Below, in pieces: positions 9,112 to 19,224 of a stretch of DNA of 64,000 nt (position 1 is the stretch's first letter; each line of letters opens with the position of its first letter). The notes below the pieces were generated by a model, which worked only from the letters and a program-made list of their open reading frames with translations, made no database searches and was not told the DNA's origin. Made by a program: the position numbers and the translations under genes. The stretch is from Phycisphaerae bacterium (GTDB lineage Bacteria; Planctomycetota; Phycisphaerae; UBA1845; Fen-1342), in the NCBI GenBank assembly GCA_050115495.1, contig JASFQK010000024.1, positions 31,039 to 95,038 on the forward strand, written 5' to 3'.

Positions 9112-10506
9112 TTGCCTACGACGCCTGCGATCGCGCTGAACCCGCCGAATTGGGGGACGTGGCGGCCGTGCCTTGCCGCCGGGATTGTCGCCGCTTGTCT
9201 CCTGGCCGCTGTCGCCGACGCGCAGCCGCCACAACCGCTCGACCCGATGTGGACGTGGCAGCCGTCGGAAGGCGTCGAATGGGTGGAGGCGGTGCCGGGT
9301 TCGGAGCCGCCGTTGATGCTCGTGGCGGCGGGCGACGCGAAGCTGTACATCTTCGCCGTCAACCAGGCCCCGCAGCGGCTGCCGGCGTTCGTGCAGGCAC
9401 GGGCCGGCGTGCGACCGGTGCCCTATGCACCGGAAGCGGTTCCGGCCACCACGACGACCACGCAGCCCGCCGCGAGCAGACAGCTCATGTACTGCACCGA
9501 CCGGCTGGCCGCCTACGCCCTGCGGCCCGGCCAGCCGGTGAAGCTCCAGTGGCAGGCCGGAAGCTGGCGCGAGGACTTGGCCGAGCCGATCGAAGGCGTA
9601 ACCACTCCCGAAGACGTGTTCCAGGGCGACCCGGAGCAATTGCCGCGAATCGTCGACGCGGCCGGAACCGGTTACGGCCTGCTACTCCTCCGCGATGACG
9701 GGCTGTTCGGGTTGCTCGACCGCGACGACGGGCACGTCCGCTGGAAACACCAACTCCCGCCTACGACCGCCGCTGAGCTGCATTTCTGCTGCGACCGCGT
9801 GGCGCTGCTGCGGCAGGAAGGGGCCAACGCGGCGGCGGCGTTCGTCGATTCGTCCGCGGGAACGCTCACGGACATTCCGATTCCGCCGGAGACGCCGTGG
9901 CCGCTCTGGAGCGAATTGACGAAAGACGGCCTGCTGCTGGCGCAGCCGACGAGCATCATGTTGTACACGGCGGCGGGCGGGCGGCGGCTGTTCGAGACGA
10001 GCGAAGAGGCGGCGGTGCTGGCCCGCACGCTTCACGTGCACCGCGGGAACCTCCTGCTGTTCGGCACGAACGACGGGCAATTGCACGCACTGGACGTGTC
10101 CGCCGGCCGGGAGCTGTGGGCCACCATCGATCACCCGGATCGGCGGGCCGGCTGGGATCTGCTGCGGGCGCAGGGCGACGAGCTGTTCAGCGGTGCGGGG
10201 CGGCTGCTGGTCTGCCGCGACGTGGAGAGCGGGAAGAGACGGGCGCGGTTCGCCGGACGGGGCGGCGCCCGCCTGCTGGACGTGCGTCAGCGAAGTGAGG
10301 CGCTCTGGCTGGTCTGGGGGGCGGCCGGCGTGAACGGGGAACGACTGCTGCTGGAGCGGCTGGGCTGGACGGCAACGCCGACGCCGAAGTTCGAGCAGCG
10401 GGTGTTCGGGTTGGGTCAGATCGCGCAGCTCCGCAGTCTGGTGTGGATCGAGGATCGATTGGTGGTCGCCGGCGGCGATGGGCTGTCCGTGTTCCCCCTG
10501 CGCTGA
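9112..10506 (+). CDS. Secreted PQQ/BamB-like beta-propeller protein
   Basis: Signal-like N-terminus; LLDRDDGHVRW and LHALDVSAGRELW repeats. Start uncertain. Confidence 0.65.
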   Translation: MPTTPAIALNPPNWGTWRPCLAAGIVAACLLAAVADAQPPQPLDPMWTWQPSEGVEWVEAVPGSEPPLMLVAAGDAKLYIFAVNQAPQRLPAFVQARAGVRPVPYAPEAVPATTTTTQPAASRQLMYCTDRLAAYALRPGQPVKLQWQAGSWREDLAEPIEGVTTPEDVFQGDPEQLPRIVDAAGTGYGLLLLRDDGLFGLLDRDDGHVRWKHQLPPTTAAELHFCCDRVALLRQEGANAAAAFVDSSAGTLTDIPIPPETPWPLWSELTKDGLLLAQPTSIMLYTAAGGRRLFETSEEAAVLARTLHVHRGNLLLFGTNDGQLHALDVSAGRELWATIDHPDRRAGWDLLRAQGDELFSGAGRLLVCRDVESGKRRARFAGRGGARLLDVRQRSEALWLVWGAAGVNGERLLLERLGWTATPTPKFEQRVFGLGQIAQLRSLVWIEDRLVVAGGDGLSVFPLR

Positions 10507-10624
10507 GGGGGAACGGGCGGCGCTTGCCGGCGGCGGATGATTGACCTACGCTCTGCGTCGGGTCGGGTACGAGTGAAGACTCGGCGGCGTACGGGCCAGC
10601 GCAGCGGACAGCAGTGAGACAGAG

Positions 10625-10981
10625 ATGGACATAGCGAGCGAAAACCACGCGGGCGTGACGTTGCTGCGGCTGACGGGGGAGCTGGCCGGCGGGGAAGACA
10701 ACCCCCTGATCGGCGCGGTTACGGACCAGCTCGGCGACCGCGGGGCACGCGTCGTGATCGATCTTGGCGACGTGCACTTCATGAACTCGGCCGGCCTCGG
10801 CGATCTGGTGCGGCTCGTCGCCCAGGCGAACGTGCAGGAGTCGCGCGTGGTGCTGGCGAACCTGTCGGCCTACCTCGCCGGCGTGCTGGAAATGACGAAG
10901 CTCGACCGGTTCTTCGAGACGTACAGCACGGCGGAAGATGCGCTGCGTACGCTCGGCGAGCAGACGCGGGCGAAGTCGTAG
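10625..10981 (+). CDS. STAS-domain anti-sigma-factor antagonist
   Basis: LRLTGEL, VVIDLGDVHFMNSAGLGDLV, LEMTKLDRFF. Confidence 0.92.
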   Translation: MDIASENHAGVTLLRLTGELAGGEDNPLIGAVTDQLGDRGARVVIDLGDVHFMNSAGLGDLVRLVAQANVQESRVVLANLSAYLAGVLEMTKLDRFFETYSTAEDALRTLGEQTRAKS

Positions 10982-11075
10982 AACGCGAGGCGCCCGCAGT
11001 CGCTGCCGACGCCGGGCCCAGAACGACCCCGGCCTTCGCGTGCGTGCCGTCGGCCTGCCGTTCAGGCAGAACACG

Positions 11076-11504
11076 TCAGCGCACCGTAACGCGCCGCACC
11101 CGCCACCGATCCTGCTTCCTGCTGTCGTTCAGACGGATCTCGAATGTCCGGGCGTCCGTCCACGTGATGAACGTCTGCGCGTCTCCGCAGTGCGACCACC
11201 CCGCGGCAACGACGCGCCAACGCTCCCACCAATGCCGCTTGTGCAACACCCAGACGTAGTGCAGCCCCACGTGTGCCGCGCCGGCGTTGTTGAGCACGTG
11301 CCGGACGACCTCGCCGCCGGGACTGACCGACTCGGTGACCTCCGAGTACAACCAGAACAGCTCCAGGTCTTCAGCCAGCACGCCCGCCGGCCAATACGCA
11401 GCAGTCAGCATGCACGCCACCCCCAGGAAAGGCGCAATGAGCACTGCGGCCGTTCCAAGCCGGCGTGCCACCCTTCTCCGGCGCGACGGCGCATCGGCGT
11501 GCAT
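11076..11504 (-). CDS. Hypothetical membrane-anchored protein
   Basis: GGAG upstream, one N-terminal TM helix, globular-looking C-terminus. Confidence 0.6.
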   Translation of the reverse strand: MHADAPSRRRRVARRLGTAAVLIAPFLGVACMLTAAYWPAGVLAEDLELFWLYSEVTESVSPGGEVVRHVLNNAGAAHVGLHYVWVLHKRHWWERWRVVAAGWSHCGDAQTFITWTDARTFEIRLNDSRKQDRWRVRRVTVR

Positions 11505-11664
11505 CTGCCATCTCCGCTGCTCAGGACAACGGGATCACTCTACTCCGGTCAGACACGTGTTCCCGCTGTTCGCATGGTCTCGCGCTCGCCGCGGGAACCA
11601 CCGGTTCCGCTGGCGGCCAGCACTGGCAGGCGTTCGCGCGGGCTGTTTGGTGGCTCCGTTCAGA

Positions 11665-11690
11665 CGTCCGGTGCGGAGCCCGGACGCTAC
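11665..11690 (-). repeat. GTAG-type REP-like palindrome, family A
   Basis: GTAGCGTCCGGGCTCCGCACCGGACG; near-identical copy at 16697-16722. Confidence 0.65.
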
Positions 11691-11818
11691 AGCAGGGCAC
11701 CCGCCTGCGTACCATCCCTGCTCGTATGTACGCACGTACTGCAGATCAGGTTCGCAACCCCCGCGCCGCAGACATCGTGGCAGATTGGTGACACGGACAA
11801 CCGCCGGGCGGCGGCCGG

Positions 11819-12379
11819 TTAGTCCACTTCGCGGCCGAGGAGGAAGCCGGTGAGGGCGCCCATTTGGAGGACGGTGGCGAAGGCAAGCTTCACGAGCAGG
11901 GCGTCGCGCGGCTCGCCGAAGATCCAGTCCGACGCCGCCCACAGCAACAGCCCCGCCACGAGCGCCTGGGCGATCGAGCCGAAGAGCCGGGCGAGCGAGA
12001 ACTCGTACTGACGCTTCTCACGCACGGTCGAGCTGACCAGGCTGCGCAAATCGCCGAGGACACGCTCCACACGCTCGATGGTGGCGAGGAGGTCGGCGAC
12101 GCCGGCGCGGCGGTTTGATGGCTCCGCCGACTCGGGGCCATGTGGCGGGGACGGGGCGCGCTCCGCCGACTCGGGCGCGTGTGATGGGCGCGCCGTCGAT
12201 TGAGGCAACTCGGGAGCATGCGGTGGACGCGCGGTCGATTCCGACAGCTCGGGGCCGTGCGCCGAAGGCGGGGTCGGCTGCGACGACTCGGCGCCGGGCG
12301 GCGTGGGCTGCGGCGAATCGTCGCCGCCCGCGCGGTCGATCTCACTGATGAAGAGACCGCTGGTTTCGCGCTCGTCCAT
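11819..12379 (-). CDS. Hypothetical membrane protein with Pro-rich 13-aa repeats
   Basis: P-x-H-[GA]-PE repeats, short coiled coil, two C-terminal TM helices. Confidence 0.75.
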   Translation of the reverse strand: MDERETSGLFISEIDRAGGDDSPQPTPPGAESSQPTPPSAHGPELSESTARPPHAPELPQSTARPSHAPESAERAPSPPHGPESAEPSNRRAGVADLLATIERVERVLGDLRSLVSSTVREKRQYEFSLARLFGSIAQALVAGLLLWAASDWIFGEPRDALLVKLAFATVLQMGALTGFLLGREVD

Positions 12380-12388
12380 AGCTCGTCC

Positions 12389-13372
12389 TCACGCCGACAG
12401 GTGTTCGAGTATGGCCTGCCGCAACAACGGCAGCAGGATCTCGTGGTGGCCGATGACGCTATGTCCGCAGCCGGGCGCTACCGGGCGGGAGATGACGTTC
12501 TGCGTGGGCCGGTAGTGCCGCAGCATGTCGAAATTCGCCGTGTGCATCCCGGTCAGCGGGTGGCCGAGATTGCGAGCGACGGAAACGGCTTTGAGAAAGA
12601 CCTCGGGCATGACGACGGCGGAGCCGACGTTGAGCCAGACACCGCCGGCCTGATCGTCGCCGGCGGCGTTCAGATCCGCCACGACGGCGCAGAGGGTGCG
12701 AAAATCGGCCAGCGTCGCCGCACCGAGCGCCGCGCCGTCGGCGTCGGGGTGCATGTGCACGGTGTCGGTGCCGATCGCCACGTGCACCGTCGCCGGCAAA
12801 CCGAGCCGCGCCGCCGATGCGAACAGGCTCAAGTGACGGTACGAGACGTTTTCCGCCGACAGCAGCTCACCGAGCGCGCGACCGAGCCCGGGACCGGCGG
12901 CGCCGCGGCGGGCGGCTTCGTTCATGCGCTCGCACGTCTCGGTCACCATGCCGAAGCTGCCGTCGCGGATCGTGTCGGCGACCTCTTCGCTGGTCGCACC
13001 AGTTTCGGCGAGTTCGAGATCGTGGATCGCGCCCGAGCCGTTCGTGGCCAGGGCGGTGATGATGCCACGCTCCATCAGGTCGATCACGACCGGCGAGCAG
13101 CCCGTCTTCACCACGTGGCCGCCGAAAGCGAAGATGACCGGCCGCCCCGCTCGGCGGGCGGCGACGACCGCGTGCACCACCTGCATGAGTTGGTCAGCGC
13201 CGAGGAAGGACGGCAGTGACGCCAGCCACTCGCCGAACGAGCAACCCGGCGGCGGCGTCTTGCCCAGCAGCGTGGCGGCAACCTTATGGGCGCGGGCGTC
13301 GCGTGACTTCATGCGCAATCGCGTGAAATCCAGTTGCGCCGGCCCGGAATGGGGTTGCTTCCGCGTGCTCAC
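12389..13372 (-). CDS. Deoxyhypusine-synthase-like (GSU2086-type) protein
   Basis: FGGHVVKTG, ATNGSGAIHDLE, TSEEVA..DGSFGM, TVHVAIGTD..HMHP, GSAVVMPEVFLKA, GHHEILLP. Confidence 0.8.
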   Translation of the reverse strand: MSTRKQPHSGPAQLDFTRLRMKSRDARAHKVAATLLGKTPPPGCSFGEWLASLPSFLGADQLMQVVHAVVAARRAGRPVIFAFGGHVVKTGCSPVVIDLMERGIITALATNGSGAIHDLELAETGATSEEVADTIRDGSFGMVTETCERMNEAARRGAAGPGLGRALGELLSAENVSYRHLSLFASAARLGLPATVHVAIGTDTVHMHPDADGAALGAATLADFRTLCAVVADLNAAGDDQAGGVWLNVGSAVVMPEVFLKAVSVARNLGHPLTGMHTANFDMLRHYRPTQNVISRPVAPGCGHSVIGHHEILLPLLRQAILEHLSA

Positions 13373-14409
13373 TTGCTCTCCTCGAACAGGTGCCGCAACC
13401 GCGCCGCAAACTCGCCACGCGGATCGGCCAACTCCAGCCGCGCCTCCAGGCGCAGCAACTCGGCCGTCCCGCCGGCGTCAGGGGACGAGGCCCACAGCGT
13501 CCCCAACTTCACCCAGTCCTTGCGCGTGGTCACCACGCAGGCCGCCTCCTGTCGGCGAGCCTCGTTGGTGATCGCCAACACGTCGATAGCACTGTAACGA
13601 TGGTGGTCCGGGAAGACCAGCGGTTCGACGACGTGGTCGGAGAGTTGTCGCAGCAGGCGCAGGAACGTGCCCGGGTTGCCGAGGCCGCACACGGGCAGCA
13701 CGACGCGCTCGCGCAGCACGTCGACCGGGCGCACTTGGTCATCGGCGGCGACGAGTTGCGACGGCGCCAACGCCGCCCGACTGATCGGAACCGCCGGCGC
13801 CCAGTGCTGTATCGTGCGCATCAGCTCCTGCACGGCGACCGGATCGACCTGGTTGCTGCGCGTGATGACGACCCAGTGCGCGCGGCGCAACGATGCCGGC
13901 GGCTCGCGCAGACGCCCCGCCGGCAGCAGGCGCCCGCCGCCCCACGGGTTGAGCGCATCGATCAGGACGACGTCGAACGTGCGGCGCAGCCGGCGATGCT
14001 GAAAGCCGTCGTCGAGCACGAGACAGTCAGCGTTGTGCTGTTGCCGAGCGGTGGCCGCGCCGGCGACGCGGTTCGGATTGACCACGACCGGCACATCGGG
14101 CAGGGCCAGGTGGAATTCCTGCACCTCGTCGGCGACGGCCTCGGCCGCGGCGCCGTAGCCGCGAGTGAGTATCGCCGGTCGATGGCCCGCCGCCCGCAGG
14201 CGGGAGACGATCTCGATGGTCAGCGGCGTCTTGCCCGTGCCGCCGACGGTGAGGTTGCCGACGCTGATCACGGGCACGCCGGCGTCGTGCGAAGCGGACG
14301 AAACACGGTCGTACCAGAGGTTACGAGCGGCGATCACGGCGTGATAACCGACCGTGGCCGGCGCAAGCAGCAGGCGCAGCCAACGCGGATTGGTGCCGGG
14401 GAGATTCAT
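13369..14409 (-). CDS. lpxK: Tetraacyldisaccharide 4'-kinase
   Basis: ISVGNLTVGGTGKTP, LTRGYG, LDDGFQHRRL, PAGRLRE, FPDHH, TTRKDWVKL. Confidence 0.95.
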   Translation of the reverse strand: MNLPGTNPRWLRLLLAPATVGYHAVIAARNLWYDRVSSASHDAGVPVISVGNLTVGGTGKTPLTIEIVSRLRAAGHRPAILTRGYGAAAEAVADEVQEFHLALPDVPVVVNPNRVAGAATARQQHNADCLVLDDGFQHRRLRRTFDVVLIDALNPWGGGRLLPAGRLREPPASLRRAHWVVITRSNQVDPVAVQELMRTIQHWAPAVPISRAALAPSQLVAADDQVRPVDVLRERVVLPVCGLGNPGTFLRLLRQLSDHVVEPLVFPDHHRYSAIDVLAITNEARRQEAACVVTTRKDWVKLGTLWASSPDAGGTAELLRLEARLELADPRGEFAARLRHLFEESK

Positions 14410-14434
14410 CGATATCCGAATCGGCGGGGGCAAC

Positions 14435-15370
14435 TCAGCGGACCGGCAACACACCGGTCTCGCGCTGCCACTTCACGGAAGCGGGTACGCCGGCGGTCAG
14501 AGGCGTCCGCGGCTCGTAGCCGAGGAGGCTGCGGGCCTTGGTGATATCGGCCACGTAGCGGGTGACTTCGCCGACGCGTGACGGTTCGTAGGTGACGTTG
14601 GGCTCTTTCTGGAGCGAGAGACTGATCAGGTTGACGAGGTCGACCAGGGTCGCCCCCTGCCCGCAAGCCAGGTTGATCGTCTCGCGCGAGAGGCGGCCGC
14701 TGGCCAGGGCGTCGATCCCGCGCAGCACGCCGTCGGCGCAATCATCGACGTACGTGAAGTCCAGCACCTTCTCGCGGCCGTAGACGACGATTGGCGTACC
14801 GTCGACGATGCGGCGGATGAACAGCGGGATCACGCGCTCCAGCCGGTCGATGTCGCAGTCGTACCGCCCGTAGACGTTGCTGAAGCGGAAGACCAGGTGC
14901 GGCAGGCCGTAGCACTCGGCGTACGAGTAGATGAAGGCCTCGGAGGAGATCTTCGAAGCGCTGTACGGGCTCTCGGCCACGACGAAGTCGGCCTCGGACT
15001 CCTCGGTGATGTGACGATGGATGTCGCCGTAGACCTCGCGCGAGCTGCCGAAGATGAGCGGCGTGCGGTGCAGGCGGCAGAATTCGAGAACGTTGAAGGC
15101 GACGCCGACGTTCTCCATGGCCCGGGTGGGCACTTCGACGAGCTCGAACACTTTGGCGTGAGCCGCCAGGTGCAGGACGACGTCGAAGTCGCCCTCGACG
15201 CCGAGGTCGCCGCCGGTGCAGGACATCAGGTTACGCACCACGGTGGGGACGCGGTCGGTCCACGTATTGGGGCGGACGTCGATGCCCTGCACCTGGTCGC
15301 CGCGGGCAAGCAGCGCGAGGGCCACGTTCGTTCCGATCTGCCCGCTCGATCCGGTGATGAGAACCCGCAT
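14435..15370 (-). CDS. NAD-dependent epimerase/dehydratase (extended SDR)
   Basis: MRVLITGSSGQIG, HLAA, SSREVYG, YSASK, FSNVYG, DFTYVDD. Confidence 0.92.
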   Translation of the reverse strand: MRVLITGSSGQIGTNVALALLARGDQVQGIDVRPNTWTDRVPTVVRNLMSCTGGDLGVEGDFDVVLHLAAHAKVFELVEVPTRAMENVGVAFNVLEFCRLHRTPLIFGSSREVYGDIHRHITEESEADFVVAESPYSASKISSEAFIYSYAECYGLPHLVFRFSNVYGRYDCDIDRLERVIPLFIRRIVDGTPIVVYGREKVLDFTYVDDCADGVLRGIDALASGRLSRETINLACGQGATLVDLVNLISLSLQKEPNVTYEPSRVGEVTRYVADITKARSLLGYEPRTPLTAGVPASVKWQRETGVLPVR

Positions 15371-15456
15371 GCTGGCTCCGGCTCTAGAACATAGGTCTGT
15401 GTTGCCGCCTTTGTACGGCCCGGGGTGCGCGCCGTCAACGCGGCGGCACGCCGGCG

Positions 15457-16107
15457 TCAGCCCTGCTGCTGTGGACGGGCCTGGGCCCGCAGCCAGTCCA
15501 ACCCCTCGTCGGCGACGGACTGGATGACCTGGGGGTACAACTCGCGTTCGGCGACGCCGACGCGGTGGGCCAGCGTGGCTGGATCGTCGCCGGGTTCGAC
15601 CGGGACGCGGGCCTGGGCGACGATCGGCCCGTGGTCGTACAGCTCGTCGACGAGGTGCACGGTGCAACCGCTTTCGGTCTCGCCGGCGGCGAGGACGGCG
15701 GCGTGCACGTGGGCGCCGTGCATGCCCTGGCCGCCGAAGCGCGGCAGCAGCGCCGGGTGGATGTTCAGCACGCGACCGCGATAGCGGTCGGGCAGGCGCC
15801 AGTGGCAGAGGAAGCCGCCCATGACGACGAGATCGACGCCGGCCCGATCGATCGCCGCCGTCAGGGCCTGCGAAAAGGCCGCGTCGTCGGGGAAGTCGAT
15901 CCGGCGGATGATTTCGAGCGGCAGGCCGGCGGAGCGGGCGACGTCCATGCCGGCCACATTCCGGCGGGAGCTGACCACGAGCGCAATCTCGACGCCCCGC
16001 AGCCGCCCGTCGGCCAGCCGGGCCGCGAGGTTATCCAGGGTCGTCCCGGAACCGGAAATCAGCACGGCGATCCGCAGCGGGCGGCGGCTATCCTGGCTTG
16101 ACAACAT
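15457..16107 (-). CDS. purN: Phosphoribosylglycinamide formyltransferase
   Basis: IAVLISGSGTTL, LNIHPALLPRFGG, SGCTVHLVDELYDHGPIVAQ. Confidence 0.95.
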   Translation of the reverse strand: MLSSQDSRRPLRIAVLISGSGTTLDNLAARLADGRLRGVEIALVVSSRRNVAGMDVARSAGLPLEIIRRIDFPDDAAFSQALTAAIDRAGVDLVVMGGFLCHWRLPDRYRGRVLNIHPALLPRFGGQGMHGAHVHAAVLAAGETESGCTVHLVDELYDHGPIVAQARVPVEPGDDPATLAHRVGVAERELYPQVIQSVADEGLDWLRAQARPQQQG

Positions 16108-16302
16108 GCGGGCATCATAGGGTTAAGGCCGGCCGGCGGGGAGAGTGGCGGCCCCCGACTGCGGACTGGCAGGGCAGGAGCCGATGATATATTATCGACG
16201 GGGTATGCAGCCGAGCCGGCGGCGTCGGCCGGACCCGAGCCGTGGTGCCCGCGGGGGTGGTCCGCGGCAGGTCCCCTGGAGCCCCTAGCTGAGGATCTCA
16301 AC

Positions 16303-16683
16303 GTGGCCGTCAGGCAGAACACCTACGAGAAACAGGCCAAGCTGAGCGTACTGCTGGCCATCGTCGGGGGCGTGTGCACGCTAGCGGGGGCTTTCTTTAT
16401 CCTCCGTGCCTTCGATCCGACGAGCTTCCAGACGGTCTACAGCAGCCGGAGCCTGCGGCTGCCCGCCATTCTCGGAGCGCTGTTCGTCGGACTCGGGGCG
16501 GCGGGGATCGGCTGGCTGCTCGGGCTGCTCAGCGCCGGGAACCGGCTAAACAAGCTCAACCGCCTCTCCTGGATCGGATTCTTCGCCTGCTCGGGCGTCA
16601 TCGCCCTCGGCATGTCGCTGGGGATCTTCTTCTACCTGACGAGGTTCGCCCCGCCGGTAAGCAAGATACCGGGCGCGGGTTAG
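16303..16683 (+). CDS. Hypothetical 3-TM membrane protein
   Basis: GAGG upstream of GTG; three hydrophobic helices. Confidence 0.75.
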   Translation: MAVRQNTYEKQAKLSVLLAIVGGVCTLAGAFFILRAFDPTSFQTVYSSRSLRLPAILGALFVGLGAAGIGWLLGLLSAGNRLNKLNRLSWIGFFACSGVIALGMSLGIFFYLTRFAPPVSKIPGAG

Positions 16684-16696
16684 TGGCAGGCGGGCT

Positions 16697-16722
16697 GTAG
16701 CGTCTGGGCTCTGTACCGGACG
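16697..16722 (+). repeat. GTAG-type REP-like palindrome, family A (copy 2)
   Basis: GTAGCGTCTGGGCTCTGTACCGGACG; 3 mismatches to the 11665-11690 copy. Confidence 0.65.
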
Positions 16723-16838
16723 GCGGCGGGGAGCCGTCAGCCATCAGCCGTCAGCTTCCGACTTTGAGCCACGAGCCGGGCACGACATCCCACTCCCCTG
16801 ATCGCCGGATTCCCTGATCCCATGCTCTCGCGCAACCT

Positions 16839-16923
16839 GTGTGGCATGCCGAAGCGCAGCGCCGGCATGTGCCACTTGTACGCTGGCACGTTCATGCCGG
16901 CGCTGCGCTTCGGCATGCCACAC
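16839..16923. repeat. Perfect 31-bp inverted repeat (REP doublet, REPIN-like)
   Basis: GTGTGGCATGCCGAAGCGCAGCGCCGGCATG (16839-16869) and its exact reverse complement (16893-16923); each arm contains CATGCCG..CGGCATG. Confidence 0.85.
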
Positions 16924-17068
16924 TCCCTTGTCGGGCGTCGGTCGCGCTTTCGGTCAGCACTGCTCAAGAGCAGTGGCACACCGTGGCGTTGCCGCGAAAG
17001 CCGGGCGTGCGCTCCGGCTCATGGCTCATGGCTTGGAAGCAGTGGCGGATGGCGGGAGACTGCGTGAA

Positions 17069-17650
17069 CTACGGCTTGGGGCCGAGCTCGACGCGAGTGA
17101 CGTCGCCCTTCTCGTAGCGGTGCATGTACTCCTCGGCGCGGGCCAGCATGCCGATGAACTGGCCGCCGGGGACGTAGCCGTACTCGCTCAGGGGACTGGC
17201 GATGCCGAGGTAGTTGAGCTCGCGCCAGGCGTAGCGGCCCAGGCCGGTCAGCCGCCAATTGAGGCCGCTGCGGATGCCGCAGGCCCGGCAGAGGAGGTAA
17301 CCCACGCTGCCGCGGCTGATAAGGGCGTCGGCCGGGTAGTCCCAACCGCCGGGGATCACGCTACCGGCTTCGAGGGCATCGGTCAGGGCGGCGAAGTCGC
17401 CGTCGAAGACCTCATTCTTCCATAGGATGTAGACGGCCCGGTAGGCGGGCTCGACGGTCACATAGGGCTGGTCGGCGATGTACTCGGCCAGGGCGCCGTT
17501 GCCCTCGGTGGGTACCGCCGGCTGCGTCGTCGCCCGCGGACCGGGGGCCTGGCAGCCGGACAGGAGCAGCCCCAGGAACAGGATGCACCACACCAGCGGG
17601 CCGGTGCCGCCGGCGCTACGCTTGCCGCACGTTGATCCCGCGAGGCTCAT
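17069..17650 (-). CDS. Putative lipoprotein (SLH-like helical motifs)
   Basis: Lipobox LLSGC; TGATG overlap with the upstream gene's stop. Confidence 0.75.
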   Translation of the reverse strand: MSLAGSTCGKRSAGGTGPLVWCILFLGLLLSGCQAPGPRATTQPAVPTEGNGALAEYIADQPYVTVEPAYRAVYILWKNEVFDGDFAALTDALEAGSVIPGGWDYPADALISRGSVGYLLCRACGIRSGLNWRLTGLGRYAWRELNYLGIASPLSEYGYVPGGQFIGMLARAEEYMHRYEKGDVTRVELGPKP

Positions 17651-19062
17651 CAGAAGCTCCACGTCAACCCGGTGAAGATGAAGTGCCGCGCGTGGCAGTC
17701 CTGGTAGGCGTCGCCGGGGAAGAAAACGCCCCAGCGCGTCGTCCAGGAAACATCCGAGGCCAGGCGCCAGTTGATGAAGTAATCCATTTCCCAGCCGACG
17801 TAGCCCTCGAACTGCTCGGCGGTGAAGTCGCTGATCGCGGCCCGCGACCGGTTCTTGTGATAGAGGAACCAGTTCGTCCCGATCTCCAGGTCGTGCAGCA
17901 GCTCGATCTGCTCCAGCGGGGCGAGCGAGGCGCCGGCCCGCCAGATGTGCAGGTTGCTCGGCGTCAGGCCGGTGGCCAGACCGGTGTCGCGATAGCCGAA
18001 GCCCACGAAGCTCGTGTCGCGGGTGTCGCCGCGATTGCCGCCCTCGGCGTTGGTCGGGCTGAAGAGGCGGTCCGCGTCGCCGCTGGCGAACATGTACTCG
18101 GCGGCAAGGCGGGGCCGCATGGGCAAGTCGAAGAGGTACTCGACGCCGACATCCCAGCCGAAGGCCTCGACGTAGTCGCGGTGCAGCCAGTCGCCGTCGC
18201 CGTAGCTGTGGCCGGACTCGAACACGCCCTCGGCCCAGTAGTTGAGGTTATGGGCGAGTTCGCCGCGGGCGCCGAAACCGAGGTAGAACGAGTCGTACTG
18301 GTAGTTCTGGAAGAACGTACGGGGGCGCTCGTCGGTGCGGTCGTTGTTCCACAAGGCGTAGACGAAGGGCCGGTGGCGGTCCCAGCCGTCATAGGCGACC
18401 TGAACGCCGTAGAAAAGGCGGTCGCTGTGCGTATCGACGGCGTTGCTGCGGTCGATGTTGGGATAGCTGCCGATCGTGCGGCCGACCAGGCCGGTGACGA
18501 GGAAGTCGTGCAGGCGGCCCTCGAGCACGACGGCGTCGAGGGGCATGTCCAGGGCGTATCCGGTTCCGAAGAGGACCGATTGCCGCCCGATGCGGGCCTT
18601 GAGCTGGAACGGGTCGCCGGGCTCGGCGAAGTGCAGAGCGCGGCCGATGTCGACCTGGTACCAGGCGCGGTCGAAGTTGGGCCCCCACCAGTCCTTCTGC
18701 CGCCCGATCTGGTCGCCGCAGCGGAAGTGCGTGTAGTGGAGGCGCACGCGGGCGAAGATCTCGTGCGTGCCGTCGTCGATGCTGGCCCGCGTCCAGAAAG
18801 CGAGACCGGGCCGCTGGACGTAGCGGGAACGCTGCACGCCATCATCGAAGTGGAAGGCGTAGTACTCGAGCCAGCCGCCCCACTGGAGGTCGAGCGCCGA
18901 GGAAAGCGGGGCCAGTTCCCGCCGTTCGTCGCGCAGCTTGTCGTCGATGGTGCGCTGCTGTTGCAGGAAGCTGCCGGAGGTTGCGGCCTCCTGGGCCGGC
19001 GCGACCGTCGCCGCGACCAGCCACACCAGCACCGGGGGCAGAATCGCCAGACTTGACCGCAT
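17650..19062 (-). CDS. Alginate-export-family outer-membrane beta-barrel
   Basis: Signal peptide; ARIGRQ, EYMFASGD, GWEMDYFINW; C-terminal Phe (LTWSF). Confidence 0.8.
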   Translation of the reverse strand: MRSSLAILPPVLVWLVAATVAPAQEAATSGSFLQQQRTIDDKLRDERRELAPLSSALDLQWGGWLEYYAFHFDDGVQRSRYVQRPGLAFWTRASIDDGTHEIFARVRLHYTHFRCGDQIGRQKDWWGPNFDRAWYQVDIGRALHFAEPGDPFQLKARIGRQSVLFGTGYALDMPLDAVVLEGRLHDFLVTGLVGRTIGSYPNIDRSNAVDTHSDRLFYGVQVAYDGWDRHRPFVYALWNNDRTDERPRTFFQNYQYDSFYLGFGARGELAHNLNYWAEGVFESGHSYGDGDWLHRDYVEAFGWDVGVEYLFDLPMRPRLAAEYMFASGDADRLFSPTNAEGGNRGDTRDTSFVGFGYRDTGLATGLTPSNLHIWRAGASLAPLEQIELLHDLEIGTNWFLYHKNRSRAAISDFTAEQFEGYVGWEMDYFINWRLASDVSWTTRWGVFFPGDAYQDCHARHFIFTGLTWSF

Positions 19063-19224
19063 CACACCCACTCGCTTTGAAAGGCCCAGACCCGACCCGG
19101 GCGTCGACCGCCGCCGCGCACCGCGCACGCAGGGAGTCGGGCGTTCCCGCCAGTCCGATAGCAAGCCGTGGCGGGCAGTGGTAGCATGCAAGCAGCCGGG
19201 GCGGGTGTCAATCGTGTTGCCGCA

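Noticed and set aside
11040..11078. TGA stop of the 11076-11504 gene followed by the hairpin CTGCC-TGAAC-GGCAG
   Set aside because: The loop is only 11 nt from the UGA, there is no Cys context, and readthrough would overlap the convergent STAS gene. More likely a terminator-type hairpin.
16839..16981. Possible CRISPR array or attC cassette sites among the palindromes
   Set aside because: There are no regularly spaced direct repeats with unique spacers, and no cas or integron integrase gene in the window.
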